A stretch of DNA of 64,000 bases, taken from positions 832,001-896,000 of the forward strand of contig CBDCDA010000001.1 in assembly GCA_965215335.1 (NCBI GenBank). Direction: 5' to 3'. The DNA comes from an uncultured Candidatus Entotheonella sp. Its GTDB lineage: Bacteria > Tectomicrobia > Entotheonellia > Entotheonellales > Entotheonellaceae. The translations under genes and the position numbers were made by a program. Below, piece by piece: positions 8,978 to 20,334 of this stretch (positions are counted from its first letter, which is position 1; each line of letters opens with the position of its first letter). Under the pieces are notes generated by a model that worked only from the letters and a program-made list of their open reading frames with translations, did not search any database and had not been told where the DNA came from.

Positions 8978-10529
8978 GCTCCCCGAACCCCAGTGCCTTC
9001 AGGTTCTCGGCGATGGCGGCGTCGAGCCGGGCGCCTTCGGCCTGCTGGGCGCGCAGGTCGGCGACAAGCCGTGCCATCTTCGCCTCGAACGGTTCGCCGT
9101 CGTCGGCCTGCGGGGCGGCCGACGTAGCGACCGGGGGTCAGCACGTGGCCGTGGCGGCGCACCGCGTCCAGCGGTGCGCTCTTGCAGAAGCCGGGAACGT
9201 CGGCGTAGTCGCCGGAACCGGTGCGCCAGGCGTGGTAGGCGCCGGCAATGCGGGCGATGTCGTCGTCGCCCAGTTCGCGGTGCGTGCGGTCCACCATCTG
9301 GCCCAGGTTGCGGGCGTCGATGAACAGCACCTCGCCGCGCCGCTGGCGGCGGCGCGCCAGGAACCACAGGCAGGCGGGAATCTGGGTCGAGTAGAAGAGC
9401 TGACCCGGCAGCGCCACCATGCAGTCCACCAGATCCGCCTCGATCAGGCTCCTGCGGATGTCGCCCTCGCCCGACTGCCCCGACGACATGGAACCGTTGG
9501 CGAGCACGAAGCCGGCGGCGCCGGTGGGCGCCAAGTGGTGGACGATGTGCTGCACCCAAGCGAAGTTGGCGTTGCCCCTGGGCGGCGTACCGTATTGCCA
9601 GCGCTTGTCGTCGGTGAGCCGCTCGCCACCCCAGTCGGAGACGTTGAACGGCGGGTTGGCAAGGATGAAGTCGGCCTTGAGGTCGGGATGGCGATCGTTG
9701 TGGAAGCTGTCGCCGTGGGCGATCTGCCCCTCGATGCCGCGAATGGCGAGGTTCATCTTCGCCAGCCGCCAGGTCGTGTAGTTCGATTCCTGGCCGTAGA
9801 TGGAGATGTCGCTGCTCGCGCGACCCCCATTGCCGTTGCCGCTGGCATGGGCGCGGATGAATGCCACCGACTGCACGAACATGCCGGAGGAGCGCAACAC
9901 GGGTCGTAGACCCGGCCGCGGTACGGCGCCAGCATCTCGACCAGCAGATTGACGACGCAGCGCGGGGTGTAGAACTCGCCGCCCTTCTTGCCCTCGGCGC
10001 TGGCGAACCGCGAGAGGAAATACTCGTAGACGCGCCCGAGCACGTCCCGGGAGCGGGCGTCTTCGTCGCCCACCCGGATATTGCTGATGAGGTCGATCAA
10101 CTGGCCGAGACGCTGCCTGTCGAGCGCCGGGCGGGCGTAGTCCTTGGGCAGCACCTCCCGGAGCACCGGGTTGTCGTGTTCGATGGCGGCCATGGCGCCA
10201 TCGACGATCCGGCCGATAGCGGGCTGCCGCGCCATGTCCTCGAGATGCGTCCAGCGCGCCTCCGCGGGCACCCAGAAGATATTCTCGGCGATGTACTCGT
10301 CGCGGTCCTCGGCGGCGTCCTCGCCCCATTCGGCAAGAACCGCGGCATGGCGCTCCTCGAAGGCGTCGGAGATGTACTTCAGGAAGATGAGGCCGAGGAC
10401 GACGTGCTTGTATTCGGCGGCATCCATCGAGCCGCGCAGGCTGTCGGCCATGCGCCACAACCCGGCCTCGTAGCCGGTCGTCGCGCCCTGGGCCGCGGTT
10501 CTGGTGTCGCGGGGCGGCTTGGCAGCCAT
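8967..10529 (-). pseudogene. hsdM: Type I R-M methyltransferase with two frameshifts (~9893, ~9117)
   Basis: [42 protein letters not shown] split and NPPF motif. Confidence 0.92.
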
Positions 10530-10561
10530 GGGGAGTCCTCACTTCATTCCCCCCGCCTTCC

Positions 10562-11386
10562 TCAGCCGAGTTTCCTGCGGATGAAGGGGAGGTGGATGAG
10601 GTCCTGTTTGTAGTTGACGGTGAGGGCGTACATGATGGCGTTGACGCCGAGCTTGAAGGCTTGCAGGCGCTGGGCTTCGCCGCCGGGGTGGCAGGCGGCG
10701 ACCCAGTTGCCGAGGTAATCGCGCTCCCAGGCGGCGCCGAGGCCGTTCTGGCAGTAGAGCAGCGGCGTACGGTCGCCGATGTGCACGCCTTCGAGGTAGG
10801 GATTGACGATGCGTACGCCGCCCATGGTGCGGATGAGGTAATAGGTGCGGAAAACGGAATGATCGGGCGACAGGATTTTGAGCGCGCGGGCCGGGAACAG
10901 GCGGGCGATTTCGCGGCGCACGCTGGCGTCGAAGTCCTGCCCCTTGTTGCCGCGCGCGTCGTCGATGAGCAGCAGGCCGCCGAAGCGCAGGTAGCGGCGC
11001 AGAATTTCCAGCTCCTCGGTATCAAAAGGCTCGAAAGCACGCTCGCCGGTCATGTACAGGAAGGGGTGGGAAAACAGCGCCGGGTCGCGCAGGGTGAGGG
11101 TGCGGCGTTCGTTTTGGGTCTCGACGCTGGTGCGCAGCCGCATTTCCTGCATCAGGGGAGCGATGGCCAAGGGCCGCGGGTCCCACTGGCCACCGCGATA
11201 TTGCAACTGCGCCAGCACGAACGTGTTGGTAGCCGGCATGGCGGCAGCCGGCAACGTCTTCAGGCCCAGCAGAGCGGGAACGGCGGCCCAGCCGCGGACC
11301 GCGCGGTGCAGCAGCGTCCGCCGCGACAGCGTCGCAGATCCGGCACGTGGGGCTGTCAGCCTGGCATCGTCAGACTTCGGCATCAC
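10562..11386 (-). CDS. DUF4159-domain protein (MoxR-VWA module)
   Basis: [23 protein letters not shown] and [14 protein letters not shown]; Tat-like SRRTLL leader. Confidence 0.85.
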   Translation of the reverse strand: MMPKSDDARLTAPRAGSATLSRRTLLHRAVRGWAAVPALLGLKTLPAAAMPATNTFVLAQLQYRGGQWDPRPLAIAPLMQEMRLRTSVETQNERRTLTLRDPALFSHPFLYMTGERAFEPFDTEELEILRRYLRFGGLLLIDDARGNKGQDFDASVRREIARLFPARALKILSPDHSVFRTYYLIRTMGGVRIVNPYLEGVHIGDRTPLLYCQNGLGAAWERDYLGNWVAACHPGGEAQRLQAFKLGVNAIMYALTVNYKQDLIHLPFIRRKLG

Positions 11387-11396
11387 ACTCCCCGCC

Positions 11397-13523
11397 TCAC
11401 AAACGGTTGGCGCAGACGTTCTCGACCATCAGCACCGCCACCAGCGACAGCAGCAGCATGCCGGCGATCTCACGGCCCGGCGGTGACGTGCCGTCGGCCT
11501 GCTGTCCGAGCGTCGCTTCCTCTTCCAATATAACCGGCAACGGTTGCCAGCGCGTCCGCAGGTCGGGTTGTTGCAATTTGGCAAAGTCCGACTCCGCCCG
11601 CGTGGCATTCACGGCCAGGTAGTCGGCATCGGCGTTGGTGGTGCCAAGGCGGTATATGCCCGGCACGGTGTAGTCCGTCACCGGTGCCTCGATGACGCCT
11701 TCCCGAACCACGAAACGGCTCAGCAATTCCTTGCCGTCCGGGGCGAGGATGGTGAGGCTGCCGCCCTCCTGCGCTCCCTGGATATGCACCGCCGTCGGTC
11801 CGGGCAGGAACACCTGCGGGCGTTGCGTCGCCCTGGAAAGCTGCGCCGCGTACCCGACCAGGCTGTGCACCAGCGGCACGTACGCTATCCGCGTCGGCAG
11901 ATCCGTCCAGTCGCGGTCGGCGGTGGAGGTGAACAGCAGCACACGCCCGCGGCTCAGGGACCGTTCGAGCAGGAACGGCCGGCCGTCTGTGTACGACAGC
12001 AACACGTCCGCGTCCACCGCCTCGTCCTCGGCCACCGAGAAATAGCGATAAAAGCGACTGCGCGTCAGCATGTCCGCAGCGTCGCCGCTGAACACCGCCA
12101 GGGCCTCGTGCGCGTTGTCGGCCGGTTGCAGCGTTACCGGCGCTTCCTCGGGTTGCTGCACCGGCTCGCCCAGGGCCACCGGCAACAGCGGCGTGTCCGA
12201 ACCGTAAAACAGATTGTTGTAGCGCGTCGCGTCCACCTGATGGCCGGCGAAGAAGATCAGCCCGCCGCCGTCGGTCACGAACTGGTACAACCCCTGGCGC
12301 ACCCGTGGCGACAGCGCCTCGACGTTGCATAGGACGATGACGCCGTAGTCGCTCAGACGCTCCTGCTCCAGGCCCTCCCAGACCAGCGGCTTCGGGTGGA
12401 ACAGCGGCGGCCCCAGTGAGCCGCGCGGCTGCAGGGCGCTGAACAGGTAAAAGGTCTCGCTGTCGAACAGCGACGTACCCGGGTCGCCGTCCACCACCAG
12501 CACGCGCGCCGGCGCCACCGTCTGCAGGGCGACGTAGAACCGGTCATCCTCGGTGAAGGCATCGCCCTGCAAGCGCACCTCGCCCCAGTGTAACCCCACC
12601 TCCGGCGCCACGATGCGGAACGGCACGACCGCCTCCTCGCCGGCGCTCAGGTCGGCCAGCTGCTGGCCGACCGTCTCGCCGCCGAGCAACAGATCGACCC
12701 GCAGGCTGCGCACCGGCTCGTCGCTGTGATTGCGGACCAGCACGGTCACGTCCAGCGGCGTCCGCTCGATAAACGGCGGCTCGGTGATGCGCACGCCGCT
12801 GATCAGCGCGTTGGCGTCGCGCTCCGGCGAGCCGAGGCGGATGACGTGCACGGTCAGGTCTTCCGGCACCCGAGGCAGTTGCGACACCCGAAAGCCTTCC
12901 CAGCCGTGCACCGTCAGATCGGTCAGCAGCATCAGCCGCCGTCGCGGTGCCGCGCTCGCCTGCAAAATCTCGACGGCCCGCTGCACCGCAGCCGCGACGT
13001 CCACCGCCGCGTGACTGGCTGAAATGCCTCGCACCTGATCCCACAACGCCGTCACATCGGCCCCCAGCAGGGGCGGCCTTGCATCGGCGTCGTCCGTCAC
13101 CAGCGGCAGCACGACGGCGCTGTCCGGCGCCGCAATACCCTCCAGAAGCCGCCCCGCCAGCGTCTTGGCCCGTTGCAGGCGGGTCTCCTGACTGTCGCGC
13201 AACTGCATGCTGAGGCTGTTGTCCAGCAGCACGACCGTCGCCTGCGGCGGCAACGCCAGGGCCGCACTCGCCTCACCGCCCCAGCGTGGCTGCGACAACA
13301 GCAGCGCCAGCAGCAGAATCGCCAGCACCCGCAGGGCCAACAGCAGCAACTGGTACAACCGAAACTTGCGCGCCGTCCGCCGGTCCGCCATCAGCAGAAA
13401 GCGCAGCGCCGGAAAACGATGCACCAGCGCCCGGTGCCGGTTGATCAGGTGGATCAGAATCGGCACGCCGGCCGCCAGGCCGGCCAGCAGGAACATCGGC
13501 TGCAGAAACGTCAGGCCAAACAT
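11397..13523 (-). CDS. BatA-type double-TM + VWA domain protein
   Basis: PILIHLINR...FPALRFL; MIDAS-like DNSLSM; LTD; C-terminal TM. Confidence 0.88.
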   Translation of the reverse strand: MFGLTFLQPMFLLAGLAAGVPILIHLINRHRALVHRFPALRFLLMADRRTARKFRLYQLLLLALRVLAILLLALLLSQPRWGGEASAALALPPQATVVLLDNSLSMQLRDSQETRLQRAKTLAGRLLEGIAAPDSAVVLPLVTDDADARPPLLGADVTALWDQVRGISASHAAVDVAAAVQRAVEILQASAAPRRRLMLLTDLTVHGWEGFRVSQLPRVPEDLTVHVIRLGSPERDANALISGVRITEPPFIERTPLDVTVLVRNHSDEPVRSLRVDLLLGGETVGQQLADLSAGEEAVVPFRIVAPEVGLHWGEVRLQGDAFTEDDRFYVALQTVAPARVLVVDGDPGTSLFDSETFYLFSALQPRGSLGPPLFHPKPLVWEGLEQERLSDYGVIVLCNVEALSPRVRQGLYQFVTDGGGLIFFAGHQVDATRYNNLFYGSDTPLLPVALGEPVQQPEEAPVTLQPADNAHEALAVFSGDAADMLTRSRFYRYFSVAEDEAVDADVLLSYTDGRPFLLERSLSRGRVLLFTSTADRDWTDLPTRIAYVPLVHSLVGYAAQLSRATQRPQVFLPGPTAVHIQGAQEGGSLTILAPDGKELLSRFVVREGVIEAPVTDYTVPGIYRLGTTNADADYLAVNATRAESDFAKLQQPDLRTRWQPLPVILEEEATLGQQADGTSPPGREIAGMLLLSLVAVLMVENVCANRL

Positions 13524-13556
13524 GCTGCCTCCCTAACTGCGACCAGTGGCCGGTTC
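13497..13556 (+). repeat. Left direct repeat of oxidoreductase island (covers the BatA/VWA start)
   Basis: CGGCTGCAGAAACGTCAGGCCAAACATGCTGCC...GCCGGTTC; imperfect copy at 20236-20295. Confidence 0.85.
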
Positions 13557-14089
13557 GAGGAATACGGCTGCTTGCCGGCCGGTTTCGTGCAGCGCCGGGC
13601 CAAGATGCGTCTTTCCCTGCGACCGCATCAGACAGGCAGGCAAACGGCGAGCCTGCAGGCGCGGCCCAGCTTGCGCAGTGTCCTCCGACATATAATCCAT
13701 CAACCCACCCGCGTCAAGCAGGAGATGGAAATGCTCCTGACGTTCTCACAGGTCATGCCGCGTTCCGCCGATCAACGTCTGATCGAGCGAATGTTCGGGG
13801 CCCAAATTCTCATCAATAGTATTGACTTGACAGATTTCCGACGTACTTTTTTCTTCACCTAATTCTGATTTTGACAAATCTTTGAATTTCTTGTTCCTGG
13901 GAAGCAATGTGCGTCCCGTTCGAGATCAAGAATTCTTCCGAATCAAGACCCCTGTGAGGCCGCCTTGCTGCAACTGGCCAAGGTCTCTTTGAAATTCTCG
14001 GTTTCAATAGTGAACGCACTTTAGTCAAAGGAGCTCGATTCAGTCGATTCGGTCTGATCGCTAATCCCAAAGCATGAGAGGGGAAGGCA

Positions 14090-17000
14090 ATGCGTAACGA
14101 TTTCAGCCGGCGCGAATTCCTCCACGGTGCATCGGTAGCGGGCGGTCTGCTCGCTGTTTCGAATCTTCTCTCGCTATCCCTCCTTCGCCCAGCGCACGCC
14201 ATTGACAATCCGCTGGCGTTCTATCCGAACCGGGATTGGGAAAAGTTGTATCGGGATGCCTATGCCTACGACGACTCCTACATCTTCATGTGTACCCCGA
14301 ATTGCACCCATAACTGTTACCTGCGGGCCTATGTGAAAAACGGGATCGTCACGCGCTGCGGCCCGACCCAGGAGTACCACAAAGGCACGGACGTGTACGA
14401 AACCAGGGCAAGCCAGCGTTGGGACCCGCGCCATTGCAACAAGGGCCTGGCGATCGTGCGGCGGTTCAACGGCGACCGGCGCGTCAAAGGGCCGCTGGTC
14501 CGGCGCGGCTTCAAGGAGTGGGTAGCGCGAGGATTTCCGCGCGACGCCGACGGCCTGCCGCCGGCGGAATTGTTTCGCCGCGGTGAAGACAGCTTCGTTC
14601 CGATGGGTTGGAACGAAGCCTATGAGATGGTGGCCGCGGTACTGTCGGAGACCGCGCGCCATTACTCAGGCGAATCCGGCGCGCGCCAACTCGCCGCTCA
14701 GGACTACCACGCCTCGATGATCGACGCCTGCGAAGGCGCCGGTACGCGAACCCTGAAGTTTCGCGGTGGCATGCCGGTGCTGGGCTCCATCAAGCTCTTC
14801 GGCCAATACCGCCAAGCCAACTCGATGGCGCTGCTCGATTCGTACCTCCGCGGGGTTGATGAAGACGAGGCCAAGGGCGGCGTGGGTCTGGACAATTACT
14901 CCTGGCATACGGACCTGCCGCCCGGCCATCCGATGGTGACGGGGCAGCAGACGGTGGATTTCGATTTGTCCTGCGTCGAATACACCGACCTGGCAATCTG
15001 CTGGGGCATGAACTGGATATCGACCAAGATGCCCGACGCCCACTGGTTGCTGGAAGCGCGCATCAAGGGCACCAAGGTCGTCGTCATCAGCACGGAATAC
15101 AACTCGACGTGCTCGAAAGCCGACGAGATCGTGATCCTGCGTCCGGGCACCGATCCTGCCCTGGCGCTCGGCATCGCGCGTGAGATCATCGACGAAAAAC
15201 TCTACGACGAGCCGTTCGTCAAGGGCAATACGGATCTGCCGCTGCTGGTGCGCATGGATACGGAAGAACTGCTGCGGGCGAGCGACGCGGTCCCCGGCCA
15301 CCAGCTCGCGGCGTTGCAGCGCACGCGCGTGCTGGAAAAAGGGGAGTCGGTGGCACCCTTCGCGACCGACGTCGGTGAGCCGACGATATCACTTGAGCAG
15401 CGGGAGGCGTGGGACGATTTTGTCGTCTGGGACGCGAAGACGCAAGGCCCGGTGGCGGTCAGCCGTGACGATATCGGCGAGTACTTTCACGCCAAGGGTG
15501 TCGATCCCATTCTCGAAGGCGAATACACGGTGGCAATCGACGGGCAACAGGTTCCCGTTCGGCCGGTGTTCGATCTCGTTGCCCAGCACCTGCGCGACAC
15601 CTGGAGCCTGGCAAATACCTCGAAGGTGACCTGGGCGCCCGAGAGCGCTATCCAGAGCCTGGCGCGCGAAATCGCAGCACGACCCGAGAAGGTGCTCTTC
15701 GTCACCGGCATGGGGCCCAATCAGATGTTCAATGCCGATCAGAAGGACCGCGCTATCTTTCTCGTGGCGGCATTGACGCGCAACGTGGGCTTCCCGGGGG
15801 GCAACGTCGGCAGTTATGCAGGCAACTACCGGGCAGCGTATTTCAACGGCATGCCAACGTACATGGCGGAGGATCCATTCGAGCCGCAGTTGGACCCGAA
15901 AGCGGATCCCAAGGTCCGCAAAACCTTCCGCATGCAGTCGGCCCATTTCTACTCGCACGGCGATACCCCTCTGGTCGTCGGCGATCGCGTCTTCAACGGC
16001 GAGACGCATACGCCCCTGCCGACCAAGACCCTGTGGTTCTCCGGATCGAATTCCATCCTCGGCAACGCGAAGGGGCATTACGACGTGGTCATGAACCTGC
16101 TGCGACATCCGGAATATCGCGCCAAATCGGCCAGCAGGCGCATGATCGAGGCGGTTATCGTCAATGAATGGTGGTGGACGGCGAGTTGCGAGTTCGCCGA
16201 CGTCGTGTTCGCCATCGATTCCTGGGGCGAGTACCAGGTCCACGATCTGACGCAGTCCTGCACCAATCCCTTCATGCAGGTCATGCCACTCTCGAAGATC
16301 CCGCGCATTCACTCGACCAGAAGCGATACGGAGGTCTACGCGGGCATCGCCGAGAAGCTGGCCGCGCTGACTGGAGATCGTCGTTTCGTCGATTACTGGA
16401 AGTTCATCGCCGAGGGCAGAGCCGTACCCTATATCCAACGCATTCTGGACCACAGCAACATCACCCGCGGCTACCGCTTCGAGGATCTCCTGGAGAAGGC
16501 AGAGCGCGGCATTCCCGTCATGATGATGGGCCGCTCCTATCCGAAATACATCGGCCACGAGCAGTCTGCCGAATCCAAGCCCTGGTACAACCGCACGGGA
16601 CGGCTCGAATTCCTGCGCGACGAGCCGGAGTTCAGGGACCATGGCGAGATGCTGCCGCTCCATCGCGAGCCCGTGGACGCCACGTTCCATGAACCAAACG
16701 CGATCGTGGCGGCGCCCCACCCCCTGATTCACCCCAAGACGCCCGAGGCCTGGGGCCTCGACCCCGATGACCTGAGCGGTGAGACGCGCCAAGTGCGCAA
16801 CGTCGTACGTACGCCCACGGAGTTGCTCGAAACCGAGCACCCATTGATGGAAAAAGGCTTCACCCACCAATGGATCACGCCCAAGTATCGTCACAGCGTG
16901 CACACCATCGTCGCGGACATCGACATCCTGTCGGTCTGGTGGGGTCCCTACGGCGACATGTACCGCAAGGACACGCGAAAACCCTGGGTCGGCGAAGGCT

Positions 17001-17590
17001 ATGTCGACATGAACCCGGACGACGCCCGCGAGCTCGGCATAGAAGACGGCGACTACGTCTGGATCGACGCCGACCCGGACGACCGCCCCTTCCACGGCTG
17101 GCAGGAACGGCCGGACGAAGCGCGAATCGCCCGCGCGATGATGCGCTGCCGCTATTACCCGGGCACCCCGCGGGGCATCGCGCGCACGTATTTTCATTTC
17201 TCGGGGGCGTCCTTTGGCAGCGTGCGCGGCCAGGAAACGCGCCGTGATGGTCTGGCCAAGAGTCCCGAGACCGGCTACCAGTCGATGTACCGCTATGGTA
17301 GCCATCAGAGCGGCACCCGCTCGTGGTTGCGCCCGACCTTGCTGACCGACTCGCTCACCCGCAAGAACCTCATGGGGCAGCGTGTCGGCCAAGGCTTCGC
17401 GCCGGACGTGCACTGCGCGAACGGCGCGCCGCGCGAGTCGTTCGTGAAGATCACCAGGGCCGAACCGGGCGGCCTTGGCGGCGAGGGCAAATGGGGTCCG
17501 GTCGAAAAGGGCATCCGGCCAACGCAGGAAAGCGAATCCATGAAGCGCTTTCTGGCTGGCGAATTCACCAAGGTCAGAAGGAGGTCATGA
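14090..17590 (+). CDS. Tat-exported type II DMSO-reductase-family molybdoenzyme alpha subunit (periplasmic NXR/NAR-like)
   Basis: SRREFL Tat motif; NPL..YP.RDWE..YRD N-terminus like periplasmic NxrA; C-x3-C-x3-C-x39-C FS0 motif; [11 protein letters not shown]sp Mo-ligand region; 1166 aa. Confidence 0.9.
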   Translation: MRNDFSRREFLHGASVAGGLLAVSNLLSLSLLRPAHAIDNPLAFYPNRDWEKLYRDAYAYDDSYIFMCTPNCTHNCYLRAYVKNGIVTRCGPTQEYHKGTDVYETRASQRWDPRHCNKGLAIVRRFNGDRRVKGPLVRRGFKEWVARGFPRDADGLPPAELFRRGEDSFVPMGWNEAYEMVAAVLSETARHYSGESGARQLAAQDYHASMIDACEGAGTRTLKFRGGMPVLGSIKLFGQYRQANSMALLDSYLRGVDEDEAKGGVGLDNYSWHTDLPPGHPMVTGQQTVDFDLSCVEYTDLAICWGMNWISTKMPDAHWLLEARIKGTKVVVISTEYNSTCSKADEIVILRPGTDPALALGIAREIIDEKLYDEPFVKGNTDLPLLVRMDTEELLRASDAVPGHQLAALQRTRVLEKGESVAPFATDVGEPTISLEQREAWDDFVVWDAKTQGPVAVSRDDIGEYFHAKGVDPILEGEYTVAIDGQQVPVRPVFDLVAQHLRDTWSLANTSKVTWAPESAIQSLAREIAARPEKVLFVTGMGPNQMFNADQKDRAIFLVAALTRNVGFPGGNVGSYAGNYRAAYFNGMPTYMAEDPFEPQLDPKADPKVRKTFRMQSAHFYSHGDTPLVVGDRVFNGETHTPLPTKTLWFSGSNSILGNAKGHYDVVMNLLRHPEYRAKSASRRMIEAVIVNEWWWTASCEFADVVFAIDSWGEYQVHDLTQSCTNPFMQVMPLSKIPRIHSTRSDTEVYAGIAEKLAALTGDRRFVDYWKFIAEGRAVPYIQRILDHSNITRGYRFEDLLEKAERGIPVMMMGRSYPKYIGHEQSAESKPWYNRTGRLEFLRDEPEFRDHGEMLPLHREPVDATFHEPNAIVAAPHPLIHPKTPEAWGLDPDDLSGETRQVRNVVRTPTELLETEHPLMEKGFTHQWITPKYRHSVHTIVADIDILSVWWGPYGDMYRKDTRKPWVGEGYVDMNPDDARELGIEDGDYVWIDADPDDRPFHGWQERPDEARIARAMMRCRYYPGTPRGIARTYFHFSGASFGSVRGQETRRDGLAKSPETGYQSMYRYGSHQSGTRSWLRPTLLTDSLTRKNLMGQRVGQGFAPDVHCANGAPRESFVKITRAEPGGLGGEGKWGPVEKGIRPTQESESMKRFLAGEFTKVRRRS

Positions 17591-17591
17591 C

Positions 17592-18728
17592 ATGCCTAAA
17601 GTCAACAACTGGCAACTCGGCCGCGAGATGGACTATCCGTACGAGGCAGCCCGCCCTGATCGCCAGATGGCGATGGTCTTTGACGTGAACAAGTGCATCG
17701 CGTGTCAGACCTGCAGCATGGCCTGCAAGATGACCTGGACCTCCGGTCGGGGACAAGAATACATGTTCTGGAACAACGTCGAGACGAAACCCTACGGTGG
17801 CTTTCCGACCGCCTGGGACCTCGCGGTGCTGGAGAAGATCGGTCACGGCGAGTGGCAGGATGGCGTATACAAGGGCAGGACCGTCTTCGAGGCCGCGGAC
17901 GGCGTCACCGAAACGGTATCCGGTATTCTCCCGACCGATGAGGATTGGGCGCACCCCAATATCGGCGAGGATCAGATCGCGGGCGGCAACATGACACGGG
18001 GTGATCACGTCAACGAGTTGCCGCACAAACAGTGGTTTTTCTACCTGCCGAGGATTTGCAACCACTGCAGCTTCCCGGCCTGCCTGTCGGCCTGCCCACG
18101 CGGGGCCATTTACAAGCGCAAGGAAGACGGCATCGTGCTGATCGATCAAAGCCGCTGCCGCGGCTACCGGGAGTGCGTCAAGGCCTGTCCCTACGGCAAG
18201 CCGATGTTCCGCGCCAACCACGAAGTGTCTGAAAAATGCGTCGGCTGCTACCCCAAAGTCGAACAGGGTTTGCAGACCCAGTGCGTAGAGCAATGCATCG
18301 GCAAGATCCGGGGGCAGGGCTGGATCAGCGAGGGCGACGAGGTAAGGGAAGACCACCCGATCGACTACCTGGTCCGCGTACGCAAGATCGCCTTGCCGCT
18401 CTATCCGCAGTTCGGCACAGGACCCAACGTCTACTACATCCCTCCGGTTCACGTGCCCACGGACTTCCTGGAGCAGATGTTCGGACCGGGCGTGGAGCAC
18501 GCGATCGAGACGTACAAAAACGCGAAGAACGACGAAACGCTGACCGGTCTGCTGCTGCTTTTCGGCAGTTCACCTCAGATCATGGAGCGTTTTGAAGTCG
18601 CAGATGGCTTTGCCCGCGGCTTCAGCCGGGACGACAAACTCGTTGCCGAGGTTCCCCTGACCGAACTGCTGCAATTGCGCAACGCGTATGACCCCGAGCG
18701 CAAGGTGCATCGCCTCGACGTGACCTGA
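17592..18728 (+). CDS. Fe-S beta subunit (NarH/NxrB/EbdB-like)
   Basis: CIACQTCSMAC, CNHCSFPACLSACP, CRGYRECVKACP, CVGC...CVEQC; WNNVETKP. Confidence 0.93.
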   Translation: MPKVNNWQLGREMDYPYEAARPDRQMAMVFDVNKCIACQTCSMACKMTWTSGRGQEYMFWNNVETKPYGGFPTAWDLAVLEKIGHGEWQDGVYKGRTVFEAADGVTETVSGILPTDEDWAHPNIGEDQIAGGNMTRGDHVNELPHKQWFFYLPRICNHCSFPACLSACPRGAIYKRKEDGIVLIDQSRCRGYRECVKACPYGKPMFRANHEVSEKCVGCYPKVEQGLQTQCVEQCIGKIRGQGWISEGDEVREDHPIDYLVRVRKIALPLYPQFGTGPNVYYIPPVHVPTDFLEQMFGPGVEHAIETYKNAKNDETLTGLLLLFGSSPQIMERFEVADGFARGFSRDDKLVAEVPLTELLQLRNAYDPERKVHRLDVT

Positions 18729-18756
18729 AACCCGTATCGGGCGGGGGGTTTTTCAG

Positions 18757-19584
18757 ATGAACAGGTATGCCTTCTTCCTCATCAGCCTGCTTTTGCTCAT
18801 GCCGACCGGGGCTGCAAATGGGGCCGAGCCCCTCCACATCCGCGCCATCCATAGCGCCCAAGGCGTCCCCGTGGCGCCGAATTCGGAGGCCTGGATCGAG
18901 GTGCCCGAACATGACATTGCGCTGATGCGCCAGATGATCGTCCCGCCAACGGGCGGGGGCAGTATCACCAGCGTGAAGGTGCGCGCGGTGCACGACGGTC
19001 AGACGCTCGCCTTTCGATTCGCCTGGACCGACGCGAGCACGGACGACAACGTCGGCGTGGATCAGTTTCGCGACGCCATCGCGATAGGATTTCCGGTGCG
19101 CGGCTCCGCATCGTTGCCCTCTCCCTTTATGGGCGATGCCGATAATCCGATCAATATCTGGCAATGGACGGCCGACTTTGATGCCAACGCGCGGGGGCAC
19201 GGAGGGTTTGCGGCGCATTATCCGCACACCGAAGGGGTCTGGTATTTTCCGCAGGACTACGAGGTAACCCGGCACGTGCTGGCTTGGCGGGGCACCGAAC
19301 CCGTGATGGAGTTGGTGTCACGCGGCTGGGGCACAGTGGAACGCAAGGTATCCCAGAACGTACAAGGGATCAGCGATTACGCCGACGGCCGTTGGCAGGT
19401 GGTGTTGCGCAGAAGACTGGCGACCGGCAACCCGGGAGATACGCATTTTCGTCCGGGTGAGCAGACATACGCCATCATCGCCATCTGGAACGGCATGGAG
19501 CGCGAGGTTAACGGCAAGAAGAACGTGACAATGACGTGGATACCCGTGTTCATCGAGCCAACCACCAGCGTTTCGGATCAATGA
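18757..19584 (+). CDS. Periplasmic heme-b gamma subunit (EbdC/EB_dh-like)
   Basis: Sec signal peptide; VRAVHDG..AFRFAWTD, FRDAIA, FMG, INIWQW and AIWNG..E.NGKK. Confidence 0.85.
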   Translation: MNRYAFFLISLLLLMPTGAANGAEPLHIRAIHSAQGVPVAPNSEAWIEVPEHDIALMRQMIVPPTGGGSITSVKVRAVHDGQTLAFRFAWTDASTDDNVGVDQFRDAIAIGFPVRGSASLPSPFMGDADNPINIWQWTADFDANARGHGGFAAHYPHTEGVWYFPQDYEVTRHVLAWRGTEPVMELVSRGWGTVERKVSQNVQGISDYADGRWQVVLRRRLATGNPGDTHFRPGEQTYAIIAIWNGMEREVNGKKNVTMTWIPVFIEPTTSVSDQ

Positions 19585-19585
19585 C

Positions 19586-20230
19586 ATGACGCTTGCCAAC
19601 CAAGCCGACCGCGCCCGCGTGTATCGCTGCCTGGCCCGCATCTTTCGCTATCCGGACCGTTCGCTCTGCGAGCAGATCTGCGACGAGGACCTGCCGGGAT
19701 TGTCTGCCGCAATTGAGCGGCTCGGCGGGGATACAAAACTCGTCGAGCTTTGCGAAGCATTCATCGCCTGCATGCTCGAGGTCGAGGTCGCCGCGCTCGC
19801 TCAGGCCTACGCGAGTACCTTCGAACCTCCGAACGGCGCCGAACACCCACCCTATGAAACCGCGCATACACCCGAAACGCCACAGGAAGGGTTGATCCGC
19901 ACCTACGAGCTGGCCGATATTGCCGGCTTCTACCGTGCATTCGGCGTCGAAGTGACGCCGGGTATGGAGCGCGTCGATCACGTTGCCGTCGAGCTCGAAT
20001 TCTTGCATCTGTTAGCCGTCAAAGCCGCGCTCGCGCGGGAGAGCGGCGAGATCGAGCACGCCGAGATATGTCGTGACGCCGCCGCTGCTTTTCTCAACGA
20101 CCATTTGGGACGCTGGTCCGACAAGTTCAGCGCGTGGCTCGACGCCAATGCCGGTACGGATCTCTATCGTCTGGCCGGTCAGACGCTCGCCGCCTTCGTC
20201 AAGCTCGACAGCCGCCAAGGCGGCGAATAA
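19586..20230 (+). CDS. TorD/DmsD/NarJ-family maturation chaperone
   Basis: PPYET, LADIAGFYRAFG, ERVDHVAVELEFL and FLNDHLGRW. Confidence 0.9.
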   Translation: MTLANQADRARVYRCLARIFRYPDRSLCEQICDEDLPGLSAAIERLGGDTKLVELCEAFIACMLEVEVAALAQAYASTFEPPNGAEHPPYETAHTPETPQEGLIRTYELADIAGFYRAFGVEVTPGMERVDHVAVELEFLHLLAVKAALARESGEIEHAEICRDAAAAFLNDHLGRWSDKFSAWLDANAGTDLYRLAGQTLAAFVKLDSRQGGE

Positions 20231-20235
20231 GAAGC

Positions 20236-20295
20236 CGGCTGCAGAACGTCAGGCCAAACAGGCTGCCGCCCTCTGCTGCGGATAGTAGCCGGTTC
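20236..20295 (+). repeat. Right (degenerate) direct repeat of oxidoreductase island
   Basis: CGGCTGCAGAACGTCAGGCCAAACAGGCTGCC...GCCGGTTC; the BatA ATG has become CTG in this copy. Confidence 0.85.
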
Positions 20296-20334
20296 CTTGC
20301 CTTTACTGCTTACGGGTCATCAGGCACGGGGTTT

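Noticed and set aside
8967..10529. Programmed frameshifting or phase variation in hsdM/hsdR
   Set aside because: No slippery or simple-repeat tracts at the shifts; multiple independent lesions and deletions indicate decay.
18726..18756. Intrinsic terminator between beta and gamma subunit genes
   Set aside because: The AAACCC/GGGTTT stem is weak, has a large loop and overlaps the gamma RBS region; not supportable.
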